Source of the DNA: Hyalangium minutum
GTDB lineage: Bacteria; Myxococcota; Myxococcia; Myxococcales; Myxococcaceae
Assembly: GCF_000737315.1 (NCBI RefSeq)
Contig: NZ_JMCB01000013.1
Span: 20,001 to 144,000 of the forward strand
DNA: 124,000 nt
Direction: 5' to 3'
Under the pieces are notes generated by a model. It did not search any database, had not been told where the DNA came from, and was given only the letters and a program-made list of their open reading frames with translations. The position numbers and the translations under genes are program-made. How positions within the stretch are numbered: the stretch's first letter is position 1; each line of letters starts with the position of its first letter. This document shows positions 99,367-108,342 of this stretch, piece after piece.

Positions 99367-101430
99367 CTACTCAGCCGCGCACTGCTCGATGGGACGAGGG
99401 CACGCACCCTCGGGCCCCGGGAAGCAGCACACGTCGTCCACATCGCGCGGGATGACAATCCACCGCGGCCGGGCGGCGCTCACCTGGCGCAGGTGGCCGG
99501 TGACGTTGAAGGTGGCCTCGCGCAGCAGGCGGCACTGCTTGGCCTTGTCCGTGTCCGCGTCCGCCGGGTTGCAGTCCACCTGCAGATCCGGGATCGCGTC
99601 CCGGGTGACGACGTTGATGCGGGTGCGGCTGTTGAGCGCCACGTGGCACTCGCCCCGGCCCTGGAGGTCGCCATCCGCGATGAAGGCCACGTACTGCTCG
99701 GAGCCCGTCATCGTGCGCTCGGTGCGGGCGTTGGGGGCCAGCGGGAAGTCGTCGATGGTGGCCGTCACGCTCGCGTTGCCGAACTTCATGCGCACCGGCG
99801 TGTCGCACCACACGCGCACCTGAGAGGGGCCGTTGATGCCCGCGCTGATGGCCGTCGTCGTCCGCACGGAGGCGGTGGTGCTCACCTTGATGACCTGCGT
99901 CCGCTTGTCGAGCGTGCTGTCCAGCCCGGCCACGCGCGGGCCGGGGCCCGACAGCTCCACCACGAACTGGTTGAAGGCGTTGTACGTGGAGCGCTCGGAG
100001 CACACCTTGCCGGCGAACTCGCCCAGGCCCACCGTGCAGTCGATGTTGCACTGGCGCTCGGGGACGTCCGGGTCGCCCGGAGTATCCTCGGCGCAGGCGC
100101 GGTACGACGTGCCGCCCGAGCCCGGGCAGAAGAAGGGCACCGTGCCGTTGCCGTTAGCGTCGCAGTTCTTGAAGACCTCGGGGAACTTCACCCGGCGCAG
100201 CTTCACCAGCGCGGACTCCAGGCTCTCCATCTTCATGTTGCCGTAGGCGTAGCCGCACAGCGAGTCGGTGATGTACGGGTTGACCGCGTTGTCCAGGCCG
100301 CAGAAGCGCAGGTTGATCTCCGGCACCGGCACCTGCTTCAGGTACTTCTCCCACTCGGTGGGCGGCAGCTCGCGCACCCTCTCGCGGATCACCCACGCGG
100401 GGAAGGTGAGCTGCGTGGTGGCCGCGAAGTCCTGCACCGAGCCGGAGATCGTCCACAGCAGATCGCCCGGGTACAGGCCCTCGGGGAACGAGTAGTTGTA
100501 GATGTAGATGGAGCCGTAGGTCCCCGGCAGGAAGCCGTCCGGCTCGGGGGTGCGGACGTTGGAGCCCGCGCCGGTGAACTCGCGCACGCGGCATGCCGTC
100601 ATGTCCGTGACGAAGAAGCCGCCGGGATCCAGGCCCGTCACCACCATGGTCATCAGCTTGCCGTCATTGGGATCCTTCTTCGACGGATCCCGCGCGTCGT
100701 AGCCGGGAGGGCAGCTCTGGACGAGCGGCGAGCCGGACTCCGGCTTACGGCCCACCGTGAGGAACTGGCCGGCGAACGGCGAGTTCCGGTTGTTGCCCGG
100801 ATCCTCCGGCTCCTGGATCTTCCCGAGCGTGGGCTCCTCGAAGGCGATGGGCGCCGTCAGGCCGGTGGCGTAGCTGTACGGACCGCTGTTGGGCGGCGGC
100901 AGCAGGCTGGGATCTCCGGCCACGCCACCGTCGAAGAAGTCCACCTGGGGCGGCTCGTGCTGCACCCACGCGCGGACGTCTCCATAGAGGTGCGACACGC
101001 GGACGGTGCCGGTGCCCACGCCGTCGGTGAGCATCGTCCACCGGCGATCATAGGTACCGGTGAGATCGCCCGGGGTGACGCGGAAGGAGACAGGGCCCGT
101101 GAAGGTGTTGAGCGGCTCGCCCTTGCTGTTGAGCGCGGTGATGGCCAGCTCGAGGTCCACCGGGCCCTTGGGGATGGAGTAGGGGCAGCTGGCCGTGCCC
101201 TTCTCCGCCGCGGGGACGGCGTTTGGGTTGTTGTCGTAGCGCGCCAGGCAGGAGCCCACCAGCGTCAGCGCCGACGAGGCCCCCGTGGTCTTGTCGATGG
101301 CCTTCAGGCTCTTCACGTCCACCTTGAAGGAGCTGAGGCCCGACGGGTTGGTGTTCTCCGCGGAGATGTTGCCGTCCGCGGAGTAGCAGCCTGCGGCCCC
101401 CAGGGCCGCTACAAGGAGCCAGCGTTTCAT
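99367..101430 (-). CDS. Lipoprotein with nuclease-associated OB-fold
   Basis: Lipobox AAGC; VVTG..GGFFVTD...SIYIY...PGD..WTISGSVQDF..TTQL; TGATG overlap with the upstream gene. Confidence 0.75.
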   Translation of the reverse strand: MKRWLLVAALGAAGCYSADGNISAENTNPSGLSSFKVDVKSLKAIDKTTGASSALTLVGSCLARYDNNPNAVPAAEKGTASCPYSIPKGPVDLELAITALNSKGEPLNTFTGPVSFRVTPGDLTGTYDRRWTMLTDGVGTGTVRVSHLYGDVRAWVQHEPPQVDFFDGGVAGDPSLLPPPNSGPYSYATGLTAPIAFEEPTLGKIQEPEDPGNNRNSPFAGQFLTVGRKPESGSPLVQSCPPGYDARDPSKKDPNDGKLMTMVVTGLDPGGFFVTDMTACRVREFTGAGSNVRTPEPDGFLPGTYGSIYIYNYSFPEGLYPGDLLWTISGSVQDFAATTQLTFPAWVIRERVRELPPTEWEKYLKQVPVPEINLRFCGLDNAVNPYITDSLCGYAYGNMKMESLESALVKLRRVKFPEVFKNCDANGNGTVPFFCPGSGGTSYRACAEDTPGDPDVPERQCNIDCTVGLGEFAGKVCSERSTYNAFNQFVVELSGPGPRVAGLDSTLDKRTQVIKVSTTASVRTTTAISAGINGPSQVRVWCDTPVRMKFGNASVTATIDDFPLAPNARTERTMTGSEQYVAFIADGDLQGRGECHVALNSRTRINVVTRDAIPDLQVDCNPADADTDKAKQCRLLREATFNVTGHLRQVSAARPRWIVIPRDVDDVCCFPGPEGACPRPIEQCAAE

Positions 101431-103790
101431 CACTTGACCCTCCGCCCGATGCGCGCATCCTCGACCGCGTTCGCGATCGGCATGGCCGCTGGGTTCTGAC
101501 AGTAGCTGCGAAGCTGCGGCGTGATCGTGCCGCAGGTGGGGTTGGTGCCCGCCAGCGCATCCCGGCAGCTGCAGCGGCCGGTGTACGGGCCCGTCGGGAC
101601 GTTGCAGGTGCTCGCCAGCTGTTCGGCGGTGACACCACAGGAGTCCGCGGCGTCCGCTTTGCCCAGCGTCTGCAGGCAGGTGCAGCTGCCCACCTGCGTG
101701 TTCAGCGCGTTCTTGAACTCCTGGGCCGTCTTGCAGAAGCCCTTCGTCTGCTCGTCCACCACCCACTGGCCGTTGATCAGCGTGCCGCAGCGCTCACCCG
101801 TCTTGGACGTCTCTCGGCCCTCGTTGATGTCCTCGCAGGTGCAGAAGCCCTGCATGTAGCCGATGAGCGAGTCGCGCAGGGAGATGCCCGTCTCGATGCG
101901 GGTGGTGTTGCGCTTGAGCACCCGGAAGCCCGAGCCACCCTTGGCGATGTAGTCGTTGGTGGCGATGCGGTAGGTGCCGTTGGGATCCAGCGGCTTGCCG
102001 TTGATCTGGACGCCGGTGGCGGGGTGCGCCCAGCAGCGCGAGCCGTCCAGGTCCTCCAGGCACTGCCACGGGGCGTGGCCCTCTCGGCCATCCTTGGGGC
102101 AGTACTTCTCCACGCCGCCGTCGTTGGGATCGCAGGCGATGCGCAGATCATTGAGCTGCACCTGGGCGCAGTCCATGGTGAAGCGCGCGCCGGAGATCTG
102201 CGCCTGGCTGACGCAGCCGCGCTCGGCGGAGCGCTCGGCCACGAAGTCGAACATCTCCTGCATCTCCACGCCGGACAGGTACATGATGTTGATCGTGTTC
102301 TCGAAGGGGAACACGTTGAACATGGCCTCCTGCGTCACCACGCCCGCGTAGAGGTTGTCGCGGATGCCCAGCGAGTTGGTGATGGCCATCTCCGCCTCCA
102401 CGCGGCGGCGCTTGCGCATGGAGTCCGCCGCGATGTTGCCCAGCGGCGAGTCTCCACCGGTGGAGTTGTTGCGGCGGGCCACGTCCCGGGGCGCGTAGGA
102501 GAAGATGGACGTCAGCTGCAGGCTGGAGTCCATGGCGAGGATGTACTTCTGCAGCAGATCCGTGGTGCGCCGATCCTCCTGCTCACGGCACGCCTCGATG
102601 GCCGCGCGCACGTTGGGCTGGATGGCGAACTGACCCGGATCCCAGAAGTTCTGCGCGTAGTAGGCGCGCATGGCGTCGTCACACCAGAGCGAGTCCAGCG
102701 GGAAGGCGCGGTAGTCGTGGCTGACGAGCTCGGCGCCGTCCACGCTGTCCTCCGAGGGCACCTTCACCACCATGTCCAGGCGGCCCACGTACTTGGCGAA
102801 CGCGCCGGAGTGCACCAGGAGCACCTTGCGGCCGCTCGGGTCCGTGATGTTCTGCGGCGGGTTGAGCACCACGTGCAGGTGGCCGCCGAGGATCACGTCG
102901 ATGCCGGACACGCCGGGGATCTGCACGCGCACCACGGACTTGGGGTTGCCCTCCTCGCCGGACCACTCGAGGATCTTCCACGGGTTGTTCTCACGGTCGA
103001 TGAAGGGCTTGGCGCGCTCATACTCGTAGTAGGCCTCGTAGCCGAGCACCACCTGCTGGTCCTCGGTGAGGCCCAGGTGGCTGACGATGACGATGAGATC
103101 CGTCACCGGGCGCAGCAGGTCCACGTAGGCGCGCGCCGCCTCGTTCTGCTCCAGCGGGGTGGTCTGCAGGGAGTTGCCGCCCTCCACGATCGAGTTGAGC
103201 GAGGAGAGGTTGGCCATGCCGATGATGCCCACCCGCAGGCCCTTCACCATGCGGATGGTGTACGGAGCGGACACCTGGGCGGCACCGTTGTTACTCTCGG
103301 TGTCAGTGGGCACGTCCCAGTAGTAGTTGGCCGCCAGCAGCGGGAAGGTGGCGAAGTCCCGAGCCTTCTGCACGAAGTTTTGCGCGCCCGCGTCGAACTC
103401 GTGGTTGCCGATCACCGCGGCGTCCAGCCGCAGGTTCGACAGGAAGCGGAACTCCACCTCCCCCAGGTTCTGGTTGAAGATGGGAGCGCCCTGAAAGCAG
103501 TCGCCCGAGTCCAGGTGCAGCACGCGATCGCCCCGGTTGCGCTCGCGCTTGACGACCGCGGCAATGCGCGTGGCGCCTCCGAACGGGCCGGCCTCGGGGA
103601 TCAGCCCCAGGTCCGTGTCCGTCTTGAGCGGCGCGAAGTCATACGGGATGAGCCGCGAGTGGATGTCCGCAGTATGAAGGAGGGTGAGGCGGACTTCCTG
103701 TCCGGCGAGGTTGTACTCCTCGCCATCCAGAACTGGCATGCACGAGGCGAAGACCAGAGCGCAGAGGGGGCCGATCAGGGCACGACTCAT
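101430..103790 (-). CDS. 5'-nucleotidase/metallophosphatase lipoprotein with Cys-rich inserts
   Basis: Lipobox FASC; DIHS, DSGD, GNHEFD, GGHLH; 5'-NT C-domain FPFEN, YIAKGGSG. Confidence 0.92.
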   Translation of the reverse strand: MSRALIGPLCALVFASCMPVLDGEEYNLAGQEVRLTLLHTADIHSRLIPYDFAPLKTDTDLGLIPEAGPFGGATRIAAVVKRERNRGDRVLHLDSGDCFQGAPIFNQNLGEVEFRFLSNLRLDAAVIGNHEFDAGAQNFVQKARDFATFPLLAANYYWDVPTDTESNNGAAQVSAPYTIRMVKGLRVGIIGMANLSSLNSIVEGGNSLQTTPLEQNEAARAYVDLLRPVTDLIVIVSHLGLTEDQQVVLGYEAYYEYERAKPFIDRENNPWKILEWSGEEGNPKSVVRVQIPGVSGIDVILGGHLHVVLNPPQNITDPSGRKVLLVHSGAFAKYVGRLDMVVKVPSEDSVDGAELVSHDYRAFPLDSLWCDDAMRAYYAQNFWDPGQFAIQPNVRAAIEACREQEDRRTTDLLQKYILAMDSSLQLTSIFSYAPRDVARRNNSTGGDSPLGNIAADSMRKRRRVEAEMAITNSLGIRDNLYAGVVTQEAMFNVFPFENTINIMYLSGVEMQEMFDFVAERSAERGCVSQAQISGARFTMDCAQVQLNDLRIACDPNDGGVEKYCPKDGREGHAPWQCLEDLDGSRCWAHPATGVQINGKPLDPNGTYRIATNDYIAKGGSGFRVLKRNTTRIETGISLRDSLIGYMQGFCTCEDINEGRETSKTGERCGTLINGQWVVDEQTKGFCKTAQEFKNALNTQVGSCTCLQTLGKADAADSCGVTAEQLASTCNVPTGPYTGRCSCRDALAGTNPTCGTITPQLRSYCQNPAAMPIANAVEDARIGRRVK

Positions 103791-103910
103791 CAGGTGGTTC
103801 CGGGGGGCTTGCGTGAAGGGGACTCAGCGGGAGACGCCGCAAGGTACGAGATCAGGGAATCACGGGCAAGCGACCCGGGAGCCCCGAAATAATCCACCAG
103901 GGAGGCAGGC

Positions 103911-104582
103911 ATGTCGGGCAAGCAGACAACCGTGACGGATATCGAGATCATCGAGGATTTCTCGGCTACCGCCCGCTGTGACGAGGGGTTCTTGAGGCTC
104001 CGGAGGCTCCGGTGCCAGAACCGGCGGGAGGATGGATCCGTCTCGCCGGTGTATCGGGTGGACGTGGTGGATAGGCCCCGGCTGGACGCCGTGGCGGTGC
104101 TCGTCTACCGCCGCAGTGCGTCGGGCCTCGAGGTGCTCACCCGGAAGAACCTCCGGCCCGCCGCGTACTTCCGCAAGGGCAAGGAGATGGTGGTGCCGGA
104201 TCCGGTGAGCTACCTGCTCGTGGAGGAGCTCGTCGCCGGCGTCATGGAACTGGAGGACAAGGGCGAGGAGGGGGTGCGGCGCCGGGCGGTGGAGGAGGTG
104301 CGCGAGGAGGCCGGCTATGAGGTGAAGCCCGAGGAGATCCGCTTGCTCGGTGGGGGCTTCTTCGTGGCGCCGGGCATCCTGTCGGAGAAGGTGTTCCCCA
104401 CGGCGGTGGACGTGACGGGCAAGGAGGCCCATGAGCCGGAAGGGGATGGCTCTCCTTTAGAGGAGGGGACGCGGCTGCAGTGGCGCCCGCTGCCCGAGGT
104501 GCTCGCCGCTTGCCGCCGGGGGGAGGTGCCGGATGCGAAGCTGGAGATCTCCATCACCCGCCTGCTGGCCGAGCAGCCATAG
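103911..104582 (+). CDS. NUDIX hydrolase
   Basis: Nudix box variant G...E...AVEEVREEAG; PGILSE; DAK. Confidence 0.85.
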   Translation: MSGKQTTVTDIEIIEDFSATARCDEGFLRLRRLRCQNRREDGSVSPVYRVDVVDRPRLDAVAVLVYRRSASGLEVLTRKNLRPAAYFRKGKEMVVPDPVSYLLVEELVAGVMELEDKGEEGVRRRAVEEVREEAGYEVKPEEIRLLGGGFFVAPGILSEKVFPTAVDVTGKEAHEPEGDGSPLEEGTRLQWRPLPEVLAACRRGEVPDAKLEISITRLLAEQP

Positions 104583-104665
104583 CTCACCGCCCGGGTTGGC
104601 CGCCAGGATGGGACCGGATAGGGTGCGCGAGCCGTTTCCGTTCCGCTCCGCCGAGGTCCTTCCGC

Positions 104666-106126
104666 ATGTCGTCGATGCCCGCGTGGCTGCAACAGTTGTT
104701 GCCGATCTTGATCCTGCTGGCAGCGATCTCCCTGGTGATCGCGCGCCTGCCCAAGGTCGAGCTCGGGCACACGGAGGCCTTCAAGCGCCGCCGCTTCCTC
104801 AACTGGTTCCCGCTGGGCATGACGTACGCGTTCCTCTACATGGGGCGCTACAACCTCAACGAGGCCACCAGCGCGCTGGGCAGCCGCACCTCGAACGCGG
104901 ACTTCGGCACCATCTTCGCCTGGGGCACGATCGTCTACGGCGTGGCGTTCTTGCTCAACGGCCCGCTGACGGACAGGTGGGGCGGGCGCCGGACGATCTT
105001 GATCTCGGCGGCGGGCTCCTCGGTGTGCAACGTGCTGATGGGCCTCGTGGTGCACGCCGTGCTGACGCAGGACTGGCAGCCTCCCGGCGGGCTGGTGGGG
105101 ACGCTGTCCGTGCTCTACGCGGTGAACATGTACTTCCAGAGCTTTGGCGCGGTCTCCATCGTCAAGGTGAACGCGGCGTGGTTCCACCTGCGCGAGCGCG
105201 GGACGCTGGGAGGCGTGTTCGGCATCCTCATCTCGCTGGGCGTCTACTTCGCCTATGACTGGAGCCGGATGATCACCCGTGCGGCTCCGACGTACTGGGT
105301 GTTCTTCATCCCCGCGGCCATCCTCGCCGCCTTCGTGGTGCTGGACTTCTTCATCATCCGCGACACGCCGAGCGATACGGGCCACCCGGACTTCGACACC
105401 GCGGATGCGTCCTCGGGAGAGACGGGCCCCCGGCTCGGGGCATTCGAGGTGCTGGGCAAGATGCTCCGCAACCCCGTCATCATCGTCATCCTGCTGATCG
105501 AGTTCTGCAGCGGCTACATGCGCAACGCCATCATGCAGTGGTACCCCAAGCTGGCGAAGGGCATCGGCATGGGCGACAGCTTCGTCGCGTCCAACTGGGG
105601 CATGCTGCTGTGCGTGGCCGGCATCACCGGAGGCATGTTCGCCGGCATCATCTCCGACAAGATCTTCGACTCTCGGCGCGGGCCCGTATCGGCGGTGCTC
105701 TATGGTGGGATGACGCTGGGCGCCGTGGCCACGCTCTTCCTGCTGAACACCCCGCTGCTGGGGTGGACGGTCATCTTCATGTCGCTGTGCGTCATCGGCG
105801 TGCACGGCATGCTGTCGGGTACCGCCAGCATGGACTTCGGCGGCAAGAAGAACGCGGGAGTGGCGGTGGGCATCATCGACGGCGCCGTCTACGCGGGCAC
105901 CGCCTTCCAGTCCGTGCTGCTCGGCAGGCTGTTGCCCTCGGGCGCGGCCGCCAAGGACATCAACAACTGGAGCAACTGGCCCATCGCCCTGGTGCCGCTG
106001 GCGGTGGCAGGGCTCGTGCTGGCCACTCGGGTGTGGAACGCCAAACCCCAGGCGAAGAAGGAGGCCGTTGCTGATCCAACGGCCCCCGTGGCCGCGCCGG
106101 CGCGTCGGACGGGCACCGAAGGGTAG
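104666..106126 (+). CDS. MFS transporter, GlpT/UhpT (organophosphate:Pi antiporter)-like
   Basis: YMGRYN, GPLTDRWGGR, WFHLRERG, DFGGKKNAG. Confidence 0.85.
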   Translation: MSSMPAWLQQLLPILILLAAISLVIARLPKVELGHTEAFKRRRFLNWFPLGMTYAFLYMGRYNLNEATSALGSRTSNADFGTIFAWGTIVYGVAFLLNGPLTDRWGGRRTILISAAGSSVCNVLMGLVVHAVLTQDWQPPGGLVGTLSVLYAVNMYFQSFGAVSIVKVNAAWFHLRERGTLGGVFGILISLGVYFAYDWSRMITRAAPTYWVFFIPAAILAAFVVLDFFIIRDTPSDTGHPDFDTADASSGETGPRLGAFEVLGKMLRNPVIIVILLIEFCSGYMRNAIMQWYPKLAKGIGMGDSFVASNWGMLLCVAGITGGMFAGIISDKIFDSRRGPVSAVLYGGMTLGAVATLFLLNTPLLGWTVIFMSLCVIGVHGMLSGTASMDFGGKKNAGVAVGIIDGAVYAGTAFQSVLLGRLLPSGAAAKDINNWSNWPIALVPLAVAGLVLATRVWNAKPQAKKEAVADPTAPVAAPARRTGTEG

Positions 106127-106214
106127 TGCCGGAGGGAGGGAGCGCGTTCAGGGGCGGACGGCTGCGAGGCCCGAGCGATTTCAGTGTGACGGGGTTGTGA
106201 CGTAAAATGCCTGC

Positions 106215-107792
106215 GTGCCCTCGGAATCCGCCCCGCTGCTTCAGAACCGGTTGGAAGTCCACGACCGGAAGCAGTTCGAGATCAAGCTCGAGTACCAGCC
106301 GTCGGGCGCCGACGACGAGACGCGCTATCTCGTCGAGATGTTCCTGTTCCTGCCGAACAGCCTGAACATCGACGCGGAGACGTACCCGCGGGCGGACTTC
106401 TACGCGGACATCCACAACTACGTGCGCTTCACCACGCCGGTGATGAGCCTGGAGGAGCTGCTGGTGGTGGAGGGCTCGCCGCTGATGCGGCTCGAGGCGT
106501 GGCTGAGGACGGGGCTGCCCACGGAGGCGGAGGTCGTCTACCAGGCCAAGCTCCTGTGCTGCATCTTCCGTGGGGCGCTGCGCCGCTTCGTGAAGCTGGT
106601 GGATGGGCGGTGCGAGCCGCCCAGCGCCGCCGGGCTGGGCGAGGCCGAGTACGCGGACCTGCAGCGGATCATCCTCCAGTCACAGGAATCCGTGGTGAAG
106701 GTGCTGGAGCGCTTCCGGGGCTGGCAGAAGGCCACGGGCGAGCTGAGGCTGCAGAAGAAGACGCGCGTCTCGCTGCGTCTGGTGGACGAGTACATGAGCC
106801 TCACGGTGGAGCAGTACTTCCGCAAGGCCGTGACGGAGATGGATGCGCTGCCGCGCTCGGGCGTCTACATCGAGCCGCGCAAGGCGCTGATGGCGGCGGT
106901 GATCCGCGAGGAGACGTACCGCAAGGAGAACCAGCTTCGCAGCGTGCTGAGCCCCACCGGTGACAACGAGGAGTACATGCACCGGATCGGGTTCCTGAAG
107001 AAGTTCTGCATGAACATCCTCTTCCTGGCGGCGCGGAGGAAGCAGAAGCGCCAGGGCTGGGAGGAGGTGCTGTTCGCGATCGCGGCGGGTTTGGCCATGG
107101 CCTTCGCCACGGCGGTGCTCTTCGTCGCGCAGAGGCAGGGAGGCGTCCCCCAGGAGAGCCTCAACTTCCTGCTGATCGCCGTGGTGGGCTACATGGTGAA
107201 GGACCGCATCAAGGAGGGGCTGCGCCGCTTCTTCAGCAAGTTCGCCTCGATGCACCTGTACGACCGGATGGCGGAGATCTTGGATCCGGTGACGAAGAAG
107301 TGCCTGGGCACGCTGGAGGAGCGCGTGGACTACGGCCGCACGGTGAAGGTGCCCAAGGAGATCGCCGAGCTGCGCTGCCTGGACGACTTCATCACCGTGT
107401 CCCAGGGCGAGCTGTCCGAGACGGTGCTCCGCTACCAGAAGGAGATCGTCCTGGACGCGGAGTTGCTGCCGAAGACGGACCGGCGGCTGACGGGCGTCAC
107501 GGACATCATCCGCTTCAACGTGGAGCGCTTCCTGCGCGATATGGACGACCCGGAGCTGGCGCTGGAGTACGTGGATCTGGAGGACTTCTCGGTGGGCCGG
107601 GTGAAGGGCGCCAAGAGCTACCAGGTGGATCTGGCGTTCCGCTTCACCACGGACGAGGCGGACCAGAAGAAGGTGTCCGTGCAGCTGGTGCGGCTGGTGC
107701 TGGATCGCAACGGCATCAAGCGCATGCTGCGCGTCGCGCCCGAGCAGACGGATCGGCCTCCGCACCCCGAGCCGTACCGCAAGGCGGCCTGA
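106215..107792 (+). CDS. Hypothetical protein with central two-TM hairpin
   Basis: Strong coding bias; two hydrophobic helices. Confidence 0.78.
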   Translation: MPSESAPLLQNRLEVHDRKQFEIKLEYQPSGADDETRYLVEMFLFLPNSLNIDAETYPRADFYADIHNYVRFTTPVMSLEELLVVEGSPLMRLEAWLRTGLPTEAEVVYQAKLLCCIFRGALRRFVKLVDGRCEPPSAAGLGEAEYADLQRIILQSQESVVKVLERFRGWQKATGELRLQKKTRVSLRLVDEYMSLTVEQYFRKAVTEMDALPRSGVYIEPRKALMAAVIREETYRKENQLRSVLSPTGDNEEYMHRIGFLKKFCMNILFLAARRKQKRQGWEEVLFAIAAGLAMAFATAVLFVAQRQGGVPQESLNFLLIAVVGYMVKDRIKEGLRRFFSKFASMHLYDRMAEILDPVTKKCLGTLEERVDYGRTVKVPKEIAELRCLDDFITVSQGELSETVLRYQKEIVLDAELLPKTDRRLTGVTDIIRFNVERFLRDMDDPELALEYVDLEDFSVGRVKGAKSYQVDLAFRFTTDEADQKKVSVQLVRLVLDRNGIKRMLRVAPEQTDRPPHPEPYRKAA

Positions 107793-107805
107793 GAGGCACG
107801 TCGCC

Positions 107806-108267
107806 GTGTCCGAGGCGGATCGACAGCGGTGGAATGCCCGCTACCAGGAGCAGGCCGGGGGCTTGGAGCCGTCCCGGTTCCTTCAGTCGCTCTCGGACCG
107901 GCTGCCGAGCACGGGGCGGGCGCTCGAGGTGGCCGGTGGGCCGGGGCATGACGCCCTGTAGCTCGCGAGGCGTGGCCTGGATGTGACGCTCGTGGACATC
108001 TCGGACGTGGCGCTCGAGCGCGCCGCCGCGGCCGCGCGGCAGGCCGGTGTCCCTTTGCGTGTGGAGCGGGTGGACGTGGAGGAGGCGCCGCTTCCCCCCG
108101 GGCCCTACCAGCTCGTGCTGTGCATGAACTTCCTCTGGCGCCCGCTGTTCGAGGCAATTCCTCGGGTGCTCGAGCCCGGCGGGCTGTTCGTCTTTGCCCA
108201 GCCGACCCGGAGCAACCTCCAGCGGAACCCGCACCCCTCGGCCCGCTTTCTCCTGACTGGTGCGTGA
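107806..108267 (+). pseudogene. Class I SAM methyltransferase (TehB-like) with in-frame TAG and apparent 3' truncation
   Basis: RWNARY...ALEVAGGPGHDAL*LARRGLDVTLVDIS; TAG at 107959-107961; ends abruptly at RFLLTGA. Confidence 0.75.
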
Positions 108268-108342
108268 CCTTCCTACACCCGGTGGAGTGAGCCGCATCAG
108301 GGGCACGTGCTAGGGTGCGCGCCTCGTTTAGGAGGAGTCTTC

